Below are positions 1-12,574 of a stretch of DNA of 64,000 nucleotides, piece by piece; positions within the stretch are counted from its first letter, which is position 1; every line of letters starts with the position of its first letter. The notes under the pieces are model-generated. The model was given only the letters and a program-made list of their open reading frames with translations. It searched no databases and was not told the DNA's origin. This DNA is from an uncultured Rhodobacterales bacterium (lineage in GTDB: Bacteria > Pseudomonadota > Alphaproteobacteria > Rhodobacterales > Rhodobacteraceae). The DNA lies in contig CBDUGF010000004.1 of NCBI GenBank assembly GCA_965366835.1, positions 1,273 through 65,272 on the forward strand, in the 5' to 3' direction. The position numbers and the translations under genes are program-made.

Positions 1-136
1 TATAAGGGCGGCTTTCCTCGGCCGCGTCCTGGGCCCGGCGCAGTTTTGCCGCGGCCACCATCTGCATGGCCTTGGTGATCTTGCGGGTCGATTTGACCGA
101 CTCGATCCTGGTCTTCAGGTCCTTGAGATTCGGCAT
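1..136 (-). CDS. atpG: F0F1 ATP synthase subunit gamma, N-terminal 45 codons only (gene runs off the window start)
   Basis: Reverse complement of 1-136 reads [45 protein letters not shown], a canonical gamma N-terminus. It lies 13 nt downstream of atpA, in atpHAG order. Confidence 0.85.
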   Translation of the reverse strand, partial: MPNLKDLKTRIESVKSTRKITKAMQMVAAAKLRRAQDAAEESRPY

Positions 137-149
137 TGCCTATCTCCCT

Positions 150-1688
<1,539 letters not shown>

Positions 1689-2249
1689 TTATCCGACCTC
1701 TTTCATTGCGTTCTGGAGAGAGTTGAGGTGCGAGCGGATCGACGTGTCGATCATCTTCGAACCCACTTTGACAACAAGACCGCCGATGAGACTCTCATCA
1801 ACGGTCGCTTTGATAATCACGTCCTTGCCGACGCTGGCCTTGAGCGATTTGGCGAGCTTGTCGCTCTGTGCCTTGGTCAGCGCCTTGGCGCTCACCACCT
1901 CGGCGGTCACCTCGCCCTTGTCCTCGGCTACGGCGGCGCGCAGCGCGGTGGTCAGTTGCGGCAAAACGAAGAGACGGCGTTTCGACGCCATCAGGCCCAG
2001 CGTGTTGGCCATCATCGCCGACAGGCCCATCTTCTTGGCGATGGCGGCGACGGCCGTCGCCTGTTCGGTGCGCGAATAGACCGGCGAATGGATCAATGCA
2101 TTGAAATCCGCGCTTTCGGCCATGGCGGCGTCAAGTGCGGCGATATCGGCCTCGAGGGCCTTCACGACTTTGTCTTGCTTGGCCAGGTCAAACACGGCGG
2201 TGGCATAGCGCGCAGCAATGCCGGAGGAGATCGAAGCTGGTTCGGACAC
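1689..2249 (-). CDS. atpH: F0F1 ATP synthase subunit delta (OSCP)
   Basis: ORF directly abuts the atpA start (TAA then ATG). Sequence [15 protein letters not shown]... is typical of delta/OSCP. Start set at an internal GTG after GAAAGGG (about 186 aa); the start is uncertain by a few codons. Confidence 0.85.
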   Translation of the reverse strand: MSEPASISSGIAARYATAVFDLAKQDKVVKALEADIAALDAAMAESADFNALIHSPVYSRTEQATAVAAIAKKMGLSAMMANTLGLMASKRRLFVLPQLTTALRAAVAEDKGEVTAEVVSAKALTKAQSDKLAKSLKASVGKDVIIKATVDESLIGGLVVKVGSKMIDTSIRSHLNSLQNAMKEVG

Positions 2250-2702
2250 GTCCACCCTTTCGATTTTATTGGCCCCGGGTGGTCGCAAACCCCTCGCGGC
2301 GCAAAAGCGCGTTAGCGCTTGTGCCGGAAGGGGCGGCCCGAGGGCGTGTGGCAGCCTTGCATTCACAAAGCGTCGAAAATCGAGACGGATGTAGCAGAGC
2401 CTCGCTGGCCTAGCAACCTGCTATGAAGAATCGGGGTCAAGATGGAGATCTTTGTTTTTCAATGCTTTAGCCCAAGTGCGACCGTTTGTGCCCGCGGTTT
2501 TGACAAAAAACTGCGGTCCCGAGGCGCTTTTTGACGAATCCCGCCCTGCGACACGCGGCCAGCCGTTAACGCTATCACCGCGAAACCGCCAGGCACCCCG
2601 CCCCCGACGCAGCCACGTCCCGGTGAAATTGCAATGCTCTCTTGGCGGCGGAGCCGGCTTCGGGCATTAGTGGAAATGCGTTGCAAGTGTGGCCCTGATG
2701 GC

Positions 2703-3512
2703 ATGACAGATTTTCTCGTCGCTGAACAAACCGTGTGTGTTATTCCCGGTTTCGATCCGCTGGAAGACGTTCTCGTGATTGCCCTTCCCGAGGACCGGGA
2801 CGGCGGGCTGGATCATGCCTTGTCGTTTCGCCGCATCGCGGCGCGGCCCGGAGCGCAGCCAGCGCTGGAAGTCGGCCTCACCCACAAGGCCAGCGGGGCG
2901 CGGTTCCGCGTCCGTTTGCCCGGTGTCACCCGGCTGCCAGCCGATGCGATTGCGGTCCTCTCGCTCAGCGATGCCGGACAGCTCATAAGGCCACGGCTCG
3001 GCCAGGACGGCGCCATGCTCACCGGCGAAAGGCTCCACCCCGCGACCAGGTCGATGGCTGCGGGCAAACCGGGCGCCGCCCGCAAGCTGGCCTTCGTCCA
3101 CCGCCACAGCTGGCATCTCGATGGCCCGCCGTCCGAACGGTTCTTCGATCTGTCGAATCCAGCCTCCGAGCTCACGATCACGCTGAAAGACGATACCGGC
3201 GGCGCGATCTATGCCATCCGCCTTACCGAAACCGGCAGTGCCGAACCCGGCAGCGCCGACAGGCACTGTTCGATCGTGCTGGCCCAGACTGCGCCGGGCA
3301 CGCCCCAGCTGACGCCCTCGCTGCTCGGCCAATGGGTCGAAAATCGCCTCGGCAGCGTCCGGTTCCGCGCCATCGCCTGGATCTGGCTGGGCAACAAAGG
3401 CCACTACACCGATCCCGACAGCGGCACGCCGCGCACCTTCGGGCAGATCAACGACAGCCCTCAGCTCACCATTCACGGCAAGATCGCCGGCTCCATCGCG
3501 ATCGACCGCTAG
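2703..3512 (+). CDS. hypothetical protein (no family recognised)
   Basis: ORF with GC-rich third codon positions and protein-like composition. The overlapping minus-strand ORF 2667-3731 is R/G/A-rich shadow sequence. Start uncertain (ATG 2676 or 2703); no strong SD. Confidence 0.5.
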   Translation: MTDFLVAEQTVCVIPGFDPLEDVLVIALPEDRDGGLDHALSFRRIAARPGAQPALEVGLTHKASGARFRVRLPGVTRLPADAIAVLSLSDAGQLIRPRLGQDGAMLTGERLHPATRSMAAGKPGAARKLAFVHRHSWHLDGPPSERFFDLSNPASELTITLKDDTGGAIYAIRLTETGSAEPGSADRHCSIVLAQTAPGTPQLTPSLLGQWVENRLGSVRFRAIAWIWLGNKGHYTDPDSGTPRTFGQINDSPQLTIHGKIAGSIAIDR

Positions 3513-3774
3513 GAGCGTCCCTCTGAGCCCGCATCGCCATGCCGACCGGAGACTACCCGACCGGGGCAAGGGCGATGGCTGGCAGGCCGGATTGTGGCCA
3601 GCTTCCCGAAGCGCATCGCAATTCTGCGGGGTCGCAAGTGCTCGTTGACGGATTGCTGCACCTTTCCATCCGGATACGGCGGGCACAACGCCGGCGAAGA
3701 AACCGACTGACAGCCAAACCGCTTCAGGCATCCCGCCGATGGCAACAGAGCCCTGCTCGCCTGCCCGCGCTGCC

Positions 3775-4512
3775 TCACGCCGGGGTCGGCTTGGGCTTTG
3801 GCGACAGGATCGAGATCGGCTTGCGCACCCGCTCGCCCAATCCTCCGGTGGGCGCAGGCACCCGTTTGGAGGCTTCCACCATCAGAACCCCGCCCGCCGC
3901 GATCACAGGTATGGCCCGCCCCGTGCGCTCCCAGAAGCCCGCCGTCTTGCGCCAGAACCGCCGCGCACTGGGTGGCTGATAAAGCGTCGTGTGCTGCTCC
4001 TCGGTCAGAAAGCCGTGGCTCTTGAGCTGGGCATCGAGCTGGCCCAGCGAATAGGGCCGGCCATAGCCGAACGGCGTCGCGTCGCTGCGGCTCCACAGAC
4101 CCGCGCGGTTGGGCACGATGACCAGCGCCTTGCCCCCCGGCCCCAGCACCCGCAGACATTCCTCCAGAACCGCGCCGGGCATTTCGCTGGTCTCGAGCCC
4201 GTGCAGCAGGACCAGCTTGTCGACATGGCCGGTCTCGATCGGCCACATCGTCTCTTCGCTCAGCACGCTCACATTGGGCTCACCCGCAGGCCAGGGCATC
4301 ACCCCCTGCGGCCCCGGCATCAGCGCGATTACCCTGCGCGCATCGCCCAGATAGGGCCTCAGCAGCGGCACGGCAAAGCCGAACCCGACCACGGTCTGAC
4401 CATGCGCTTCGGGCCACATCTCCAGCATCTTGTCGCGGATCACCTTCTGCGCCGCACGCCCCAGCGTGCTGCGGTAATAGAAGTTGCGAAGATCCTGCAC
4501 GTCCAAGTGCAT
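3775..4512 (-). CDS. class I SAM-dependent methyltransferase
   Basis: 245-aa ORF with a methyltransferase-fold C-terminal core ([11 protein letters not shown]...[20 protein letters not shown]). Divergent from gloB, a common alphaproteobacterial arrangement. Confidence 0.7.
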   Translation of the reverse strand: MHLDVQDLRNFYYRSTLGRAAQKVIRDKMLEMWPEAHGQTVVGFGFAVPLLRPYLGDARRVIALMPGPQGVMPWPAGEPNVSVLSEETMWPIETGHVDKLVLLHGLETSEMPGAVLEECLRVLGPGGKALVIVPNRAGLWSRSDATPFGYGRPYSLGQLDAQLKSHGFLTEEQHTTLYQPPSARRFWRKTAGFWERTGRAIPVIAAGGVLMVEASKRVPAPTGGLGERVRKPISILSPKPKPTPA

Positions 4513-4689
4513 TGCAGCCCGGCTCCCGATCGGTCACTCTAGGCGCGACTAAAGCGTTCCGAGATAACTTGAACCACGAGTTCATCTCGAAACGCCCACA
4601 ACATAAGTTGGTTTCGCGCGTTTCGGGTTTTAGTAAGTGTCTCAACTTAAACCCGCCACGCTTTAAACACCACTACCCGGGAAAAATCC

Positions 4690-5460
4690 ATGACCCTCGA
4701 TCTCGTCACCCTGCCCTGCCTGTCCGACAACTACTGCTTCCTGATGCATTGTTCCGAATCCGGCGACACCGCCGTGATCGACGTGCCCGAAGCCGCGCCG
4801 GTGGCTGCCGAGCTGAAAAAGCGCGGCTGGACCCTGACCCATGTGCTGCTCACCCATCACCATCATGACCACATAGAAGGCCTTGAAGAGCTTCAGAAAG
4901 ACTGGCCCGACGCGGTGGTGATCGGCGCCGAGGCCGATGCCCACCGGCTGCCGCCGCTCGATCTGAAGGTGAAAGAGGGCGACACCATCACTGTCGGCAT
5001 TGAATGGGTGCGGGTGCTGGATGTCTCGGGCCACACCATGGGCCACATCGCCTATCACTTCCCCGAAAGCGGGGTGGTGTTCACCGGCGACAGCCTGATG
5101 GCGCTTGGCTGTGGGCGGCTGTTCGAAGGCAAACCGCCGCGAATGTATGAGAGCCTGCAAAAGCTCGCCGCGCTCGACCCCGAAACACTGGTCTGCTCGG
5201 GCCACGAATACACCGCCGCCAACGCCAGGTTCGCGCTCAGCATCGAGCCGGGCAACGCCGCCCTGCAAGCACGCGCCAAGGATACCGACAAACTGCGCGC
5301 CGCCGGCATGTTCACCGTGCCCTCCACCCTGCGACTCGAACTCGAAACCAACCCGTTCTTGCGCAGCCATGTGCCCGAGGTGCAGCAATCGGTCGACCTG
5401 CCCAACGCCGATCCGGTCGCCGTCTTCGCCGCCGTACGCAAGGCCAAGGACAATTTCTGA
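4690..5460 (+). CDS. gloB: hydroxyacylglutathione hydrolase (glyoxalase II)
   Basis: 256 aa with metallo-beta-lactamase motif THHHHDHIEG, plus the downstream GHTMGHI and CGRLFEG motifs typical of GloB. Confidence 0.92.
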   Translation: MTLDLVTLPCLSDNYCFLMHCSESGDTAVIDVPEAAPVAAELKKRGWTLTHVLLTHHHHDHIEGLEELQKDWPDAVVIGAEADAHRLPPLDLKVKEGDTITVGIEWVRVLDVSGHTMGHIAYHFPESGVVFTGDSLMALGCGRLFEGKPPRMYESLQKLAALDPETLVCSGHEYTAANARFALSIEPGNAALQARAKDTDKLRAAGMFTVPSTLRLELETNPFLRSHVPEVQQSVDLPNADPVAVFAAVRKAKDNF

Positions 5461-5499
5461 CCCCGCGCACCGATCCGGACCAGCCCGAGGAGCCACCCG

Positions 5500-6105
5500 A
5501 TGACCCAGACCGCCCCCGGCCCCGACAATCAGCCGCGCTGCACCTGGTGCGTCGGCTATGACCCGTTCATCCCCTATCACGACACCGAATGGGGTTTCCC
5601 GGTCGATGATGATGTCCGGCTGTTCGAAAAGCTCTGCCTCGAGTCGTTTCAATCGGGTCTGAGCTGGCGCACCATCCTCGACAAGCGCGAGAATTTCCGC
5701 GCCGCCTTTGCCGGGTTCGATTACAATGCCGTGGCCGGCTTCGGCGAAGCCGATGTCGAACGCCTCCTGCAAGACGCGGGCATTGTCCGCCATCGCGGCA
5801 AGATCGAAGCGGTGATCAACAACGCGAGCCGCGCCCAGGAAATCGTCGCCGAGTTCGGCTCGCTGGCGTGTTTCATCTGGTCTTTCGAGCCTCCCGCAGG
5901 CGAGATCGACCCGCCGCAATCCCTCACCACCTCGCCCGCCTCGCACGCCCTGTCGAAAGAATTGAAAAGGCGGGGCTGGAAATTCGTCGGCCCCACCACC
6001 ATCTTTGCCTTCATGCAGTCGATGGGGCTGTTCAACGATCACGCCCCCGGCTGCGCCATCCGGCCCGCCGTCGATGCCGCCCGCCGGAAGTTCGTGCGTC
6101 CCTGA
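5500..6105 (+). CDS. tag: DNA-3-methyladenine glycosylase I
   Basis: 201 aa with Tag signature CTWC...YHDTEWGFPV..LFEKLCLESFQSGLSWRTIL.KRENFR. Confidence 0.9.
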   Translation: MTQTAPGPDNQPRCTWCVGYDPFIPYHDTEWGFPVDDDVRLFEKLCLESFQSGLSWRTILDKRENFRAAFAGFDYNAVAGFGEADVERLLQDAGIVRHRGKIEAVINNASRAQEIVAEFGSLACFIWSFEPPAGEIDPPQSLTTSPASHALSKELKRRGWKFVGPTTIFAFMQSMGLFNDHAPGCAIRPAVDAARRKFVRP

Positions 6106-6307
6106 CGTGTTTTCTCCCTCCAACCCTCGAAAAACCCTGCGAAATCACGATTTGTATCCTTTTTCGGTCTCACTTTCCGTAAATGTGATCGCGATTTCCC
6201 AGAAAAACCTTGAAGACGTGCCTCAATCGACCAAACTTTAACTATATGAGGCCATGATCGTACGGAGAGTCATTTCCGACGGCACAGCAGAAAGGAGCAT
6301 GGGGAAC

Positions 6308-8626
6308 ATGCCTTCATTCTCGACAACGCTTGAGCAGGCTATTCACGGCGCGCTGGCGCTGGCCAATGCCCGCCGACATGAATTCGCAACGCTGGAGCAT
6401 CTGCTGCTGGCCCTCCTTGATGAGCCCGATGCGATCCGCGTGATGCAGGCCTGTTCGGTCGATCTCGAAGAATTGCGCCAGACCCTGGTGGAATTCATCG
6501 AAGAGGATCTGAGCAATCTCGTCACCGAGATCGACGGCTCCGAAGCCGTGCCCACCGCTGCGTTCCAGCGCGTGATCCAGCGCGCCGCGATCCATGTGCA
6601 ATCCTCCGGGCGCACCGAAGTCACCGGCGCCAACGTGTTGGTTGCGATCTTCGCCGAGCGCGAATCCAACGCCGCCTATTTCCTTCAGGAACAGGACATG
6701 ACCCGCTATGACGCGGTGAATTTCATCGCCCATGGCGTGGCCAAGGATCCGGCATTCGGCGAATCCCGCCCGGTCCAGGGCGCCGATATCGAGGAAGAGG
6801 CCCAGATCCCGCCCGAATCCGACGGTAAGGACAGCGCGCTTGGCAAATACTGCGTCGATCTCAACGACAAGGCCCGCAACGGCGATGTCGATCCGCTGAT
6901 CGGGCGCAGTCACGAGGTCGAACGCTGCATCCAGGTGCTGTGCCGCCGCCGCAAGAACAATCCGCTTCTGGTCGGCGATCCCGGCGTCGGCAAGACCGCC
7001 ATCGCCGAAGGGCTGGCTTACAAGATCGTCAAGGGCGAAACCCCCGAAGTGCTTTCGGAAACCACGATTTTTTCGCTCGACATGGGCGCGCTCCTGGCCG
7101 GCACCCGCTATCGCGGCGACTTCGAGGAACGGCTCAAGGCGGTGGTGAACGAACTCGAAGACCATCCCGACGCGGTGCTCTTCATCGACGAGATTCACAC
7201 CGTGATCGGCGCCGGTGCCACATCCGGCGGCGCGATGGATGCCTCCAACCTGCTGAAGCCCGCGCTTCAGGGCGGCAAGCTGCGCTGCATGGGCTCGACC
7301 ACCTACAAGGAATTCCGCCAGCATTTCGAGAAGGACCGCGCCCTGTCGCGCCGGTTCCAGAAGATCGACGTCAACGAGCCTTCGGTTGATGACACGGTGA
7401 AAATCCTCAAGGGCCTCAAGCCCTATTTCGAGGAACATCACGGCGTCAAATACACCGCCGAGGCGATCAAGACCGCTGTGGAACTTTCGGCGCGCTACAT
7501 CAACGACCGCAAGCTGCCCGACAAGGCGATCGACGTGATCGACGAGGCCGGCGCAGCCCAGCATCTGGTTGCCAAGGCAAAGCGGCGCAAGTCCATCGGC
7601 GTCAAGGAGATCGAGGAGATCGTGGCGAAAATCGCCCGGATTCCGCCGAAAACCGTCTCCAAGGATGACAGCGCCGTGCTCAAGGATCTCGAAAAGTCGC
7701 TCAAGCGCGTGGTGTTCGGCCAGGACGCAGCCATCGAGAACCTCGCTTCGGCGATCAAACTGGCCCGTGCCGGGCTGCGCGAGCCGGAAAAACCGATCGG
7801 CAACTATCTCTTCACCGGACCCACCGGCGTCGGCAAGACCGAGGTGGCGCGTCAGCTGGCCGATACGCTCGGCCTCGAGCTTATCCGCTTCGACATGTCG
7901 GAATACATGGAGAAACACGCGGTTTCGCGCCTGATCGGCGCGCCTCCGGGCTATGTCGGCTTCGATCAGGGCGGCATGCTCACCGATGGCGTCGACCAGA
8001 ACCCGCATTGCGTGCTCCTGCTCGACGAAATGGAAAAGGCACACCCGGATGTCTACAACATCCTGTTGCAGGTGATGGACCACGGCAAGCTGACCGATCA
8101 CAATGGTCGCACCACCGATTTTCGCAACGTGATCCTGATAATGACGTCGAACGCGGGCGCCTCCGAAATGGCCAAGTCCGCCATCGGGTTCGGTCGTGAT
8201 CGTCGGGAAGGCGAAGACACCGCTGCTGTCGAGCGCACTTTCACGCCGGAATTCCGCAACCGGCTCGATGCTATCGTGTCCTTCGCGCCGCTTGGCAAAG
8301 AGGTGATCCTGCAAGTGGTCGAGAAGTTCGTGCTGCAACTCGAAGCGCAGCTGCTCGACCGCGGTGTCGCCATCGAGCTGACCCGCAAGGCCGCCGAATG
8401 GCTGGCCGACAAGGGCTATGACGACAAGATGGGCGCGCGCCCGCTGGCCCGGACGATACAGGAATATATCAAGAAGCCGCTGGCGGAAGAACTGCTCTTC
8501 GGCAAGCTCGCCAAGGGCGGTATCGTCAAGGTCGGGGTCAAGGCGGGCAAGATCGACCTCACCATCGAAGGCCCGCAAAACCCGCGGATCAAGGGCGACA
8601 AGCCGCCTTTGCTCACCGCCGATTGA
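6308..8626 (+). CDS. clpA: ATP-dependent Clp protease ATP-binding subunit ClpA
   Basis: Two AAA+ modules (GDPGVGKT and GPTGVGKT). The N-terminus [16 protein letters not shown] is typical of ClpA. Start moved to ATG 6308, 10 nt after AGGAG. Confidence 0.95.
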   Translation: MPSFSTTLEQAIHGALALANARRHEFATLEHLLLALLDEPDAIRVMQACSVDLEELRQTLVEFIEEDLSNLVTEIDGSEAVPTAAFQRVIQRAAIHVQSSGRTEVTGANVLVAIFAERESNAAYFLQEQDMTRYDAVNFIAHGVAKDPAFGESRPVQGADIEEEAQIPPESDGKDSALGKYCVDLNDKARNGDVDPLIGRSHEVERCIQVLCRRRKNNPLLVGDPGVGKTAIAEGLAYKIVKGETPEVLSETTIFSLDMGALLAGTRYRGDFEERLKAVVNELEDHPDAVLFIDEIHTVIGAGATSGGAMDASNLLKPALQGGKLRCMGSTTYKEFRQHFEKDRALSRRFQKIDVNEPSVDDTVKILKGLKPYFEEHHGVKYTAEAIKTAVELSARYINDRKLPDKAIDVIDEAGAAQHLVAKAKRRKSIGVKEIEEIVAKIARIPPKTVSKDDSAVLKDLEKSLKRVVFGQDAAIENLASAIKLARAGLREPEKPIGNYLFTGPTGVGKTEVARQLADTLGLELIRFDMSEYMEKHAVSRLIGAPPGYVGFDQGGMLTDGVDQNPHCVLLLDEMEKAHPDVYNILLQVMDHGKLTDHNGRTTDFRNVILIMTSNAGASEMAKSAIGFGRDRREGEDTAAVERTFTPEFRNRLDAIVSFAPLGKEVILQVVEKFVLQLEAQLLDRGVAIELTRKAAEWLADKGYDDKMGARPLARTIQEYIKKPLAEELLFGKLAKGGIVKVGVKAGKIDLTIEGPQNPRIKGDKPPLLTAD

Positions 8627-8693
8627 GTCGGGGCGCGCTCAGGTGAGCCTGAGGCCGGGCGATCATACAGACATTTCGGCGCGCGCCCCTTGG

Positions 8694-9710
8694 GTGCGCG
8701 CCTTTTTCCTGGCCCTTGTGACGGTCGGCGTCGTCCTCGCCGCCCCCCTGCGCGCCGATCTCCCCGCACCCAAACCGCCTCTGCCAAGCGTTTCGAACCC
8801 GCCTGCCCTGACCCAGCCGATCGACTGCATCGTCGGAGAAACCTGCTATATCCAGAATTATGTCGATGCCGATCCCGGCCCGGCGGCGCGCGATTTCCGC
8901 TGCAATCCGCTGAGCTATGATGGCCACAAAGGCACCGATTTCGCCGTTCCCAGCCGGGCGGAAATAGCAAGCGGCGTCACCGTCACCGCCGCCGCCAGGG
9001 GCCGTGTGCGCGGCGTGCGCGACGGCATGGAAGACGGCGCCTTTCTCACCGACCCGGAAAGCGTCAAGGAGACCGAATGCGGCAACGGGCTGGTGATCGA
9101 CCACGGACGCGGCTGGGAAACGCAGTATTGCCACCTGCGCAAGGGCAGCCTGCTGGTGAAGCCCGGCCAGCAGGTCGAGAACGGCACGCCGCTCGGTCTC
9201 GTCGGGCAATCCGGGCTGGCCGAATTTCCGCATCTGCATTTCTCCGTACGCTACCTCGGCAAGCCGGTCGATCCGTTCAATCCCGACGGGCTCGATGCCT
9301 GCGCCCTGCCGCCGCCGGTCTCGCTATGGCAGGATCATCCCCCCGCCTACATCCCGGGTGGCGTGCTTCTGGCCGGGTTCGGGGCGCATCTGCCCAAGCT
9401 CGAAACCATCCGCGATGGCGGCGCCGCCGCTGACATCCTGCCCGCAGACAGCGCCGAGTTGCTGCTCTGGGGCTATTTTTTCGGCGCCCGCGCCGGCGAT
9501 CTGGTGCGCATAAGCTTCCGCGGCCCTGCCGGTTTCAGCCACAGCCGCGACTACACCGTCGAGCGCAACCTCGCGCTCATGTCGCGCGCCGCGTCCAAAC
9601 GCCGTGGTGCCACGTCCTGGTCACCCGGCATTTATACCGGCAGCGTTACCCTACGGCGCGGCAATACTGTCCTTGGCGAGAAGACCGCCACGGTCGGGAT
9701 CATCCCCTGA
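8694..9710 (+). CDS. M23 family metallopeptidase (secreted)
   Basis: M23 motifs HKGTDFAV and EFPHLHFSVR. Signal-like N-terminus VRAFFLALVTVGVVLAAPLRA. The GTG start at 8694 is inferred. Confidence 0.8.
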   Translation: MRAFFLALVTVGVVLAAPLRADLPAPKPPLPSVSNPPALTQPIDCIVGETCYIQNYVDADPGPAARDFRCNPLSYDGHKGTDFAVPSRAEIASGVTVTAAARGRVRGVRDGMEDGAFLTDPESVKETECGNGLVIDHGRGWETQYCHLRKGSLLVKPGQQVENGTPLGLVGQSGLAEFPHLHFSVRYLGKPVDPFNPDGLDACALPPPVSLWQDHPPAYIPGGVLLAGFGAHLPKLETIRDGGAAADILPADSAELLLWGYFFGARAGDLVRISFRGPAGFSHSRDYTVERNLALMSRAASKRRGATSWSPGIYTGSVTLRRGNTVLGEKTATVGIIP

Positions 9711-9784
9711 CCCATCGCTTTTCCTGGATAACTACTGATGCCCCGCAGCGCGCGCCAAGGCATCGCCCGTCGGCAGAGCGCCGT

Positions 9785-10564
9785 TCATACCGTCAGTGTG
9801 AAAAACATCCGCCGGAACGGAAACAGGACCGTTCCATCCGCGCCCCTGGGATAGGCCTTTTCCATCACCTCTTCGTAGCGCCGGATCAAGACCGCCTGCT
9901 CGTCGGGTTCCAGCGCCTCCAGAATCGGCCGCGCATAGGTGCTCTCGGTATAGCGACGCACCGGGTGGCCGCTCTCATCCGCGCCCAGAACCTGGTAGTA
10001 TTCCGTCTCCCAAAGAGAGAACCGGCCCAGGCCGGCCAGAAGATGGAAATAGTGCGGCGGTTTCATCACCCCGGGCGAGACCTCCGGCTTCACCCGCCCA
10101 GGAAAAAGCTCCTCGGCCAGTGACAGCCAGACCCGGTGCGACGGCGCATTGTTCTGATGCGGCATCTGCACCGCCAGGGTGCCGCCGATCGCCAGCATCC
10201 CGGCCAGACGCACAAACAGCGTTTCATGCTCGCCCAGCCAATGCAGCGCCGCATTGGAATAGATCAGCCCGGCCCGCTCGACGCTCCAGTCGGCGATATC
10301 GGTCTCGATCAGCGCATCATAGGCGCCGCCCTCTCGCGCCTTGGCCAGCATTGCCGGACTGGCATCAACCCCCACCAGCCTGTGCCCGGCAAATCGCTCC
10401 TTGAGCGCCGCGCCCATCGCGCCATTGCCACAGCCCAGGTCGATCACATCGCCGCCGCCCACCGAGCGCACTGCCAGCATCAGGTCGAGCGCCGGGCGCG
10501 CACGCAAATCCCGGAACCTTGCATAGGCCCCGGGATTCCAGTCGTTTCGGCCAGTTGCCCTCAT
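9785..10564 (-). CDS. tam: trans-aconitate 2-methyltransferase-like SAM methyltransferase
   Basis: 259 aa with the Tam-like N-terminus DWNPGAYARFRDLRARPALDL and SAM motif VIDLGCGNG. Confidence 0.75.
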   Translation of the reverse strand: MRATGRNDWNPGAYARFRDLRARPALDLMLAVRSVGGGDVIDLGCGNGAMGAALKERFAGHRLVGVDASPAMLAKAREGGAYDALIETDIADWSVERAGLIYSNAALHWLGEHETLFVRLAGMLAIGGTLAVQMPHQNNAPSHRVWLSLAEELFPGRVKPEVSPGVMKPPHYFHLLAGLGRFSLWETEYYQVLGADESGHPVRRYTESTYARPILEALEPDEQAVLIRRYEEVMEKAYPRGADGTVLFPFRRMFFTLTV

Positions 10565-12495
10565 GCCGAAGGCTCTGGCTCCATACCGCCGCCATCGTCT
10601 TTGGGCTTGATCTTGGCCTTGGGCTTGGTTTTCGGGATCGCGGTGACCGAGGGTGCAGAGCCCGCATCGGGCGTGTCATCCTCGTCCTCGCCTTTGTGCG
10701 GCGGCTCGCCCCGGATCACGCGCTGAATCTCCTCCCCGGTCAGGGTCTCGTATTCCAGCAGCCCCTGGGCCAGCCGCTCCCATTCCTCGCGGTTGTCCTC
10801 GATGATCTTTTCGGCGCGGGCATAGCCCTCGTCGATGATCCGTTTGACCTCGCTTTCGATCAGCTCCTTGGTCGCCGCTGAAACCGAAAAGCCCCCGGCG
10901 CCGCCATTGGGCTGATAGCCCGCCGCCGCCTCCTGGTAATCGACATTGCCGACCTTGTCGGACATGCCCATGCGCATCACCATGCCGCGCGCCAGCTGAC
11001 TGGCCTGCATGATGTCGCCCATCGGCCCCGAAGACACCGAGTCGGGACCATATTTCAGGATTTCCGCCGCCTTGCCTGCCATGGTCATGGCGATCTTCTG
11101 CTCGGCCTCGTCCTTGAACATCTGCAGCTTGTCCATCTCCGGCAGGCTCATCACCATGCCCAGCGCGCTGCCGCGCGGAATGATCGTCGCCTTGTAGACC
11201 GGGTCGCATTTGTCGAGCTTCAGGCCGACAATGGCGTGACCGGCCTCGTGATAGGCGGTCTTTTCCTTCTGTTCCTTGGTCAGAACCATGCTGCGCCGCT
11301 CGGCGCCCATCATGATCTTGTCCTTGGCAAACTCGAAGTCTTCCATGGTGACGAACCGCCGCCCGATCCGCGCCGCGGTCAGCGCCGCCTCATTCACCAG
11401 GTTGGCCAGATCCGCGCCGGAAAAGCCCGGCGAGCCGCGCGCGATGATGCGTAGGTCCACATCCGGCCCCAGCGGGGTCTTGCGCGCATGCACGGCCAGG
11501 ATCTTCTCGCGGCCCTTGATGTCGGGATTGTCGACCGTGATCTGGCGGTCGAACCGGCCCGGGCGCAGCAGTGCCGGGTCGAGAACGTCCTTGCGGTTGG
11601 TCGCCGCGATGATGATCACGCCCTCGTTGGCCTCGAAACCGTCCATCTCGACCAGCAATTGGTTCAGCGTCTGTTCACGCTCGTCATTGCCGCCGCCATA
11701 GCCCGCGCCGCGATGCCGCCCCACGGCGTCGATCTCGTCGATGAACACGATGCAGGGCGCGTTCTTCTTGGCCTGCTCGAACATGTCACGCACCCGGGAT
11801 GCGCCGACACCGACGAACATTTCCACAAAGTCAGAGCCCGAGATGGTGAAGAACGGCACTCCCGCCTCGCCCGCAATCGCGCGCGCCAGCAGGGTCTTGC
11901 CGGTGCCCGGAGGGCCGACCAGCAGTGCACCTTTCGGAATCTTGCCGCCGAGGCGCGAGAATTTCTGCGGGTTGCGCAGGAATTCCACGATCTCTTCCAG
12001 CTCTTCCTTGGCCTCGTCGATCCCGGCCACATCGTCAAACGTGACCCGGCCATGCTTTTCGGTCAGCATCTTGGCCTTGGACTTGCCGAAGCCCATGGCA
12101 CCGCCGCCGCGTCCGCCCTGCATCCGGTTCATGAAATAGATCCACACCCCGATCAGCAAGAGGAAGGGCAGCAGGCTCAGGATGAAGGTCTGGAAGCCCG
12201 ATTGTTCCTGGCTTTCGGCCTTCACCGGGATGTTCTTGTCGATCAGAAGATCGGTCACCTTGGCGTCTTCCGGCCGGATCACCACGTAATCCTTGCCGTC
12301 TTCGCCGCGGAATCGCACCTGTTCACCGTCCAGCGTCACCTGGCTGACGCGGCCGTCCTCGACAGCCGCGACAAACTCGGAATAGCTGATCTCGCGGCTC
12401 TGCAGCGTGTTGCCGCCGCCCGAAAACAGGTTGAACAACGCCAGGATCAACAAGAACAGAACGACCCAGAAGGCGATATTGCGTGCGTTACCCAA
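10561..12495 (-). CDS. ftsH: ATP-dependent zinc metalloprotease FtsH
   Basis: 644 aa with an N-terminal TM segment, Walker [12 protein letters not shown] region and Zn motif HEAGHA. Confidence 0.97.
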   Translation of the reverse strand: MGNARNIAFWVVLFLLILALFNLFSGGGNTLQSREISYSEFVAAVEDGRVSQVTLDGEQVRFRGEDGKDYVVIRPEDAKVTDLLIDKNIPVKAESQEQSGFQTFILSLLPFLLLIGVWIYFMNRMQGGRGGGAMGFGKSKAKMLTEKHGRVTFDDVAGIDEAKEELEEIVEFLRNPQKFSRLGGKIPKGALLVGPPGTGKTLLARAIAGEAGVPFFTISGSDFVEMFVGVGASRVRDMFEQAKKNAPCIVFIDEIDAVGRHRGAGYGGGNDEREQTLNQLLVEMDGFEANEGVIIIAATNRKDVLDPALLRPGRFDRQITVDNPDIKGREKILAVHARKTPLGPDVDLRIIARGSPGFSGADLANLVNEAALTAARIGRRFVTMEDFEFAKDKIMMGAERRSMVLTKEQKEKTAYHEAGHAIVGLKLDKCDPVYKATIIPRGSALGMVMSLPEMDKLQMFKDEAEQKIAMTMAGKAAEILKYGPDSVSSGPMGDIMQASQLARGMVMRMGMSDKVGNVDYQEAAAGYQPNGGAGGFSVSAATKELIESEVKRIIDEGYARAEKIIEDNREEWERLAQGLLEYETLTGEEIQRVIRGEPPHKGEDEDDTPDAGSAPSVTAIPKTKPKAKIKPKDDGGGMEPEPSA

Positions 12496-12574
12496 TGACT
12501 GTCTCCCATGAAATCTTTGGCCCTGCGCCTAGCACAGTTGCCCTTGGACTAAAATAGAGATCATCGCGCCACGT

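Noticed and set aside
2667-3731. A 354-aa minus-strand ORF overlapping the hypothetical gene at 2703-3512.
   Set aside because: Its composition looks like antisense shadow sequence (R/G/A-rich), and I saw no SD. The plus-strand frame has the GC3 bias and a more protein-like sequence. Neither frame is proven.
6106-6307. A missing clpS upstream of clpA, and a possible sigma-32 promoter (CTTGAA at 6209, CTATAT at 6242).
   Set aside because: No ~100-aa ORF fits in the 200-bp gap, so clpS is presumably elsewhere. The -35/-10 spacing would be 27 nt, too long for a heat-shock promoter.
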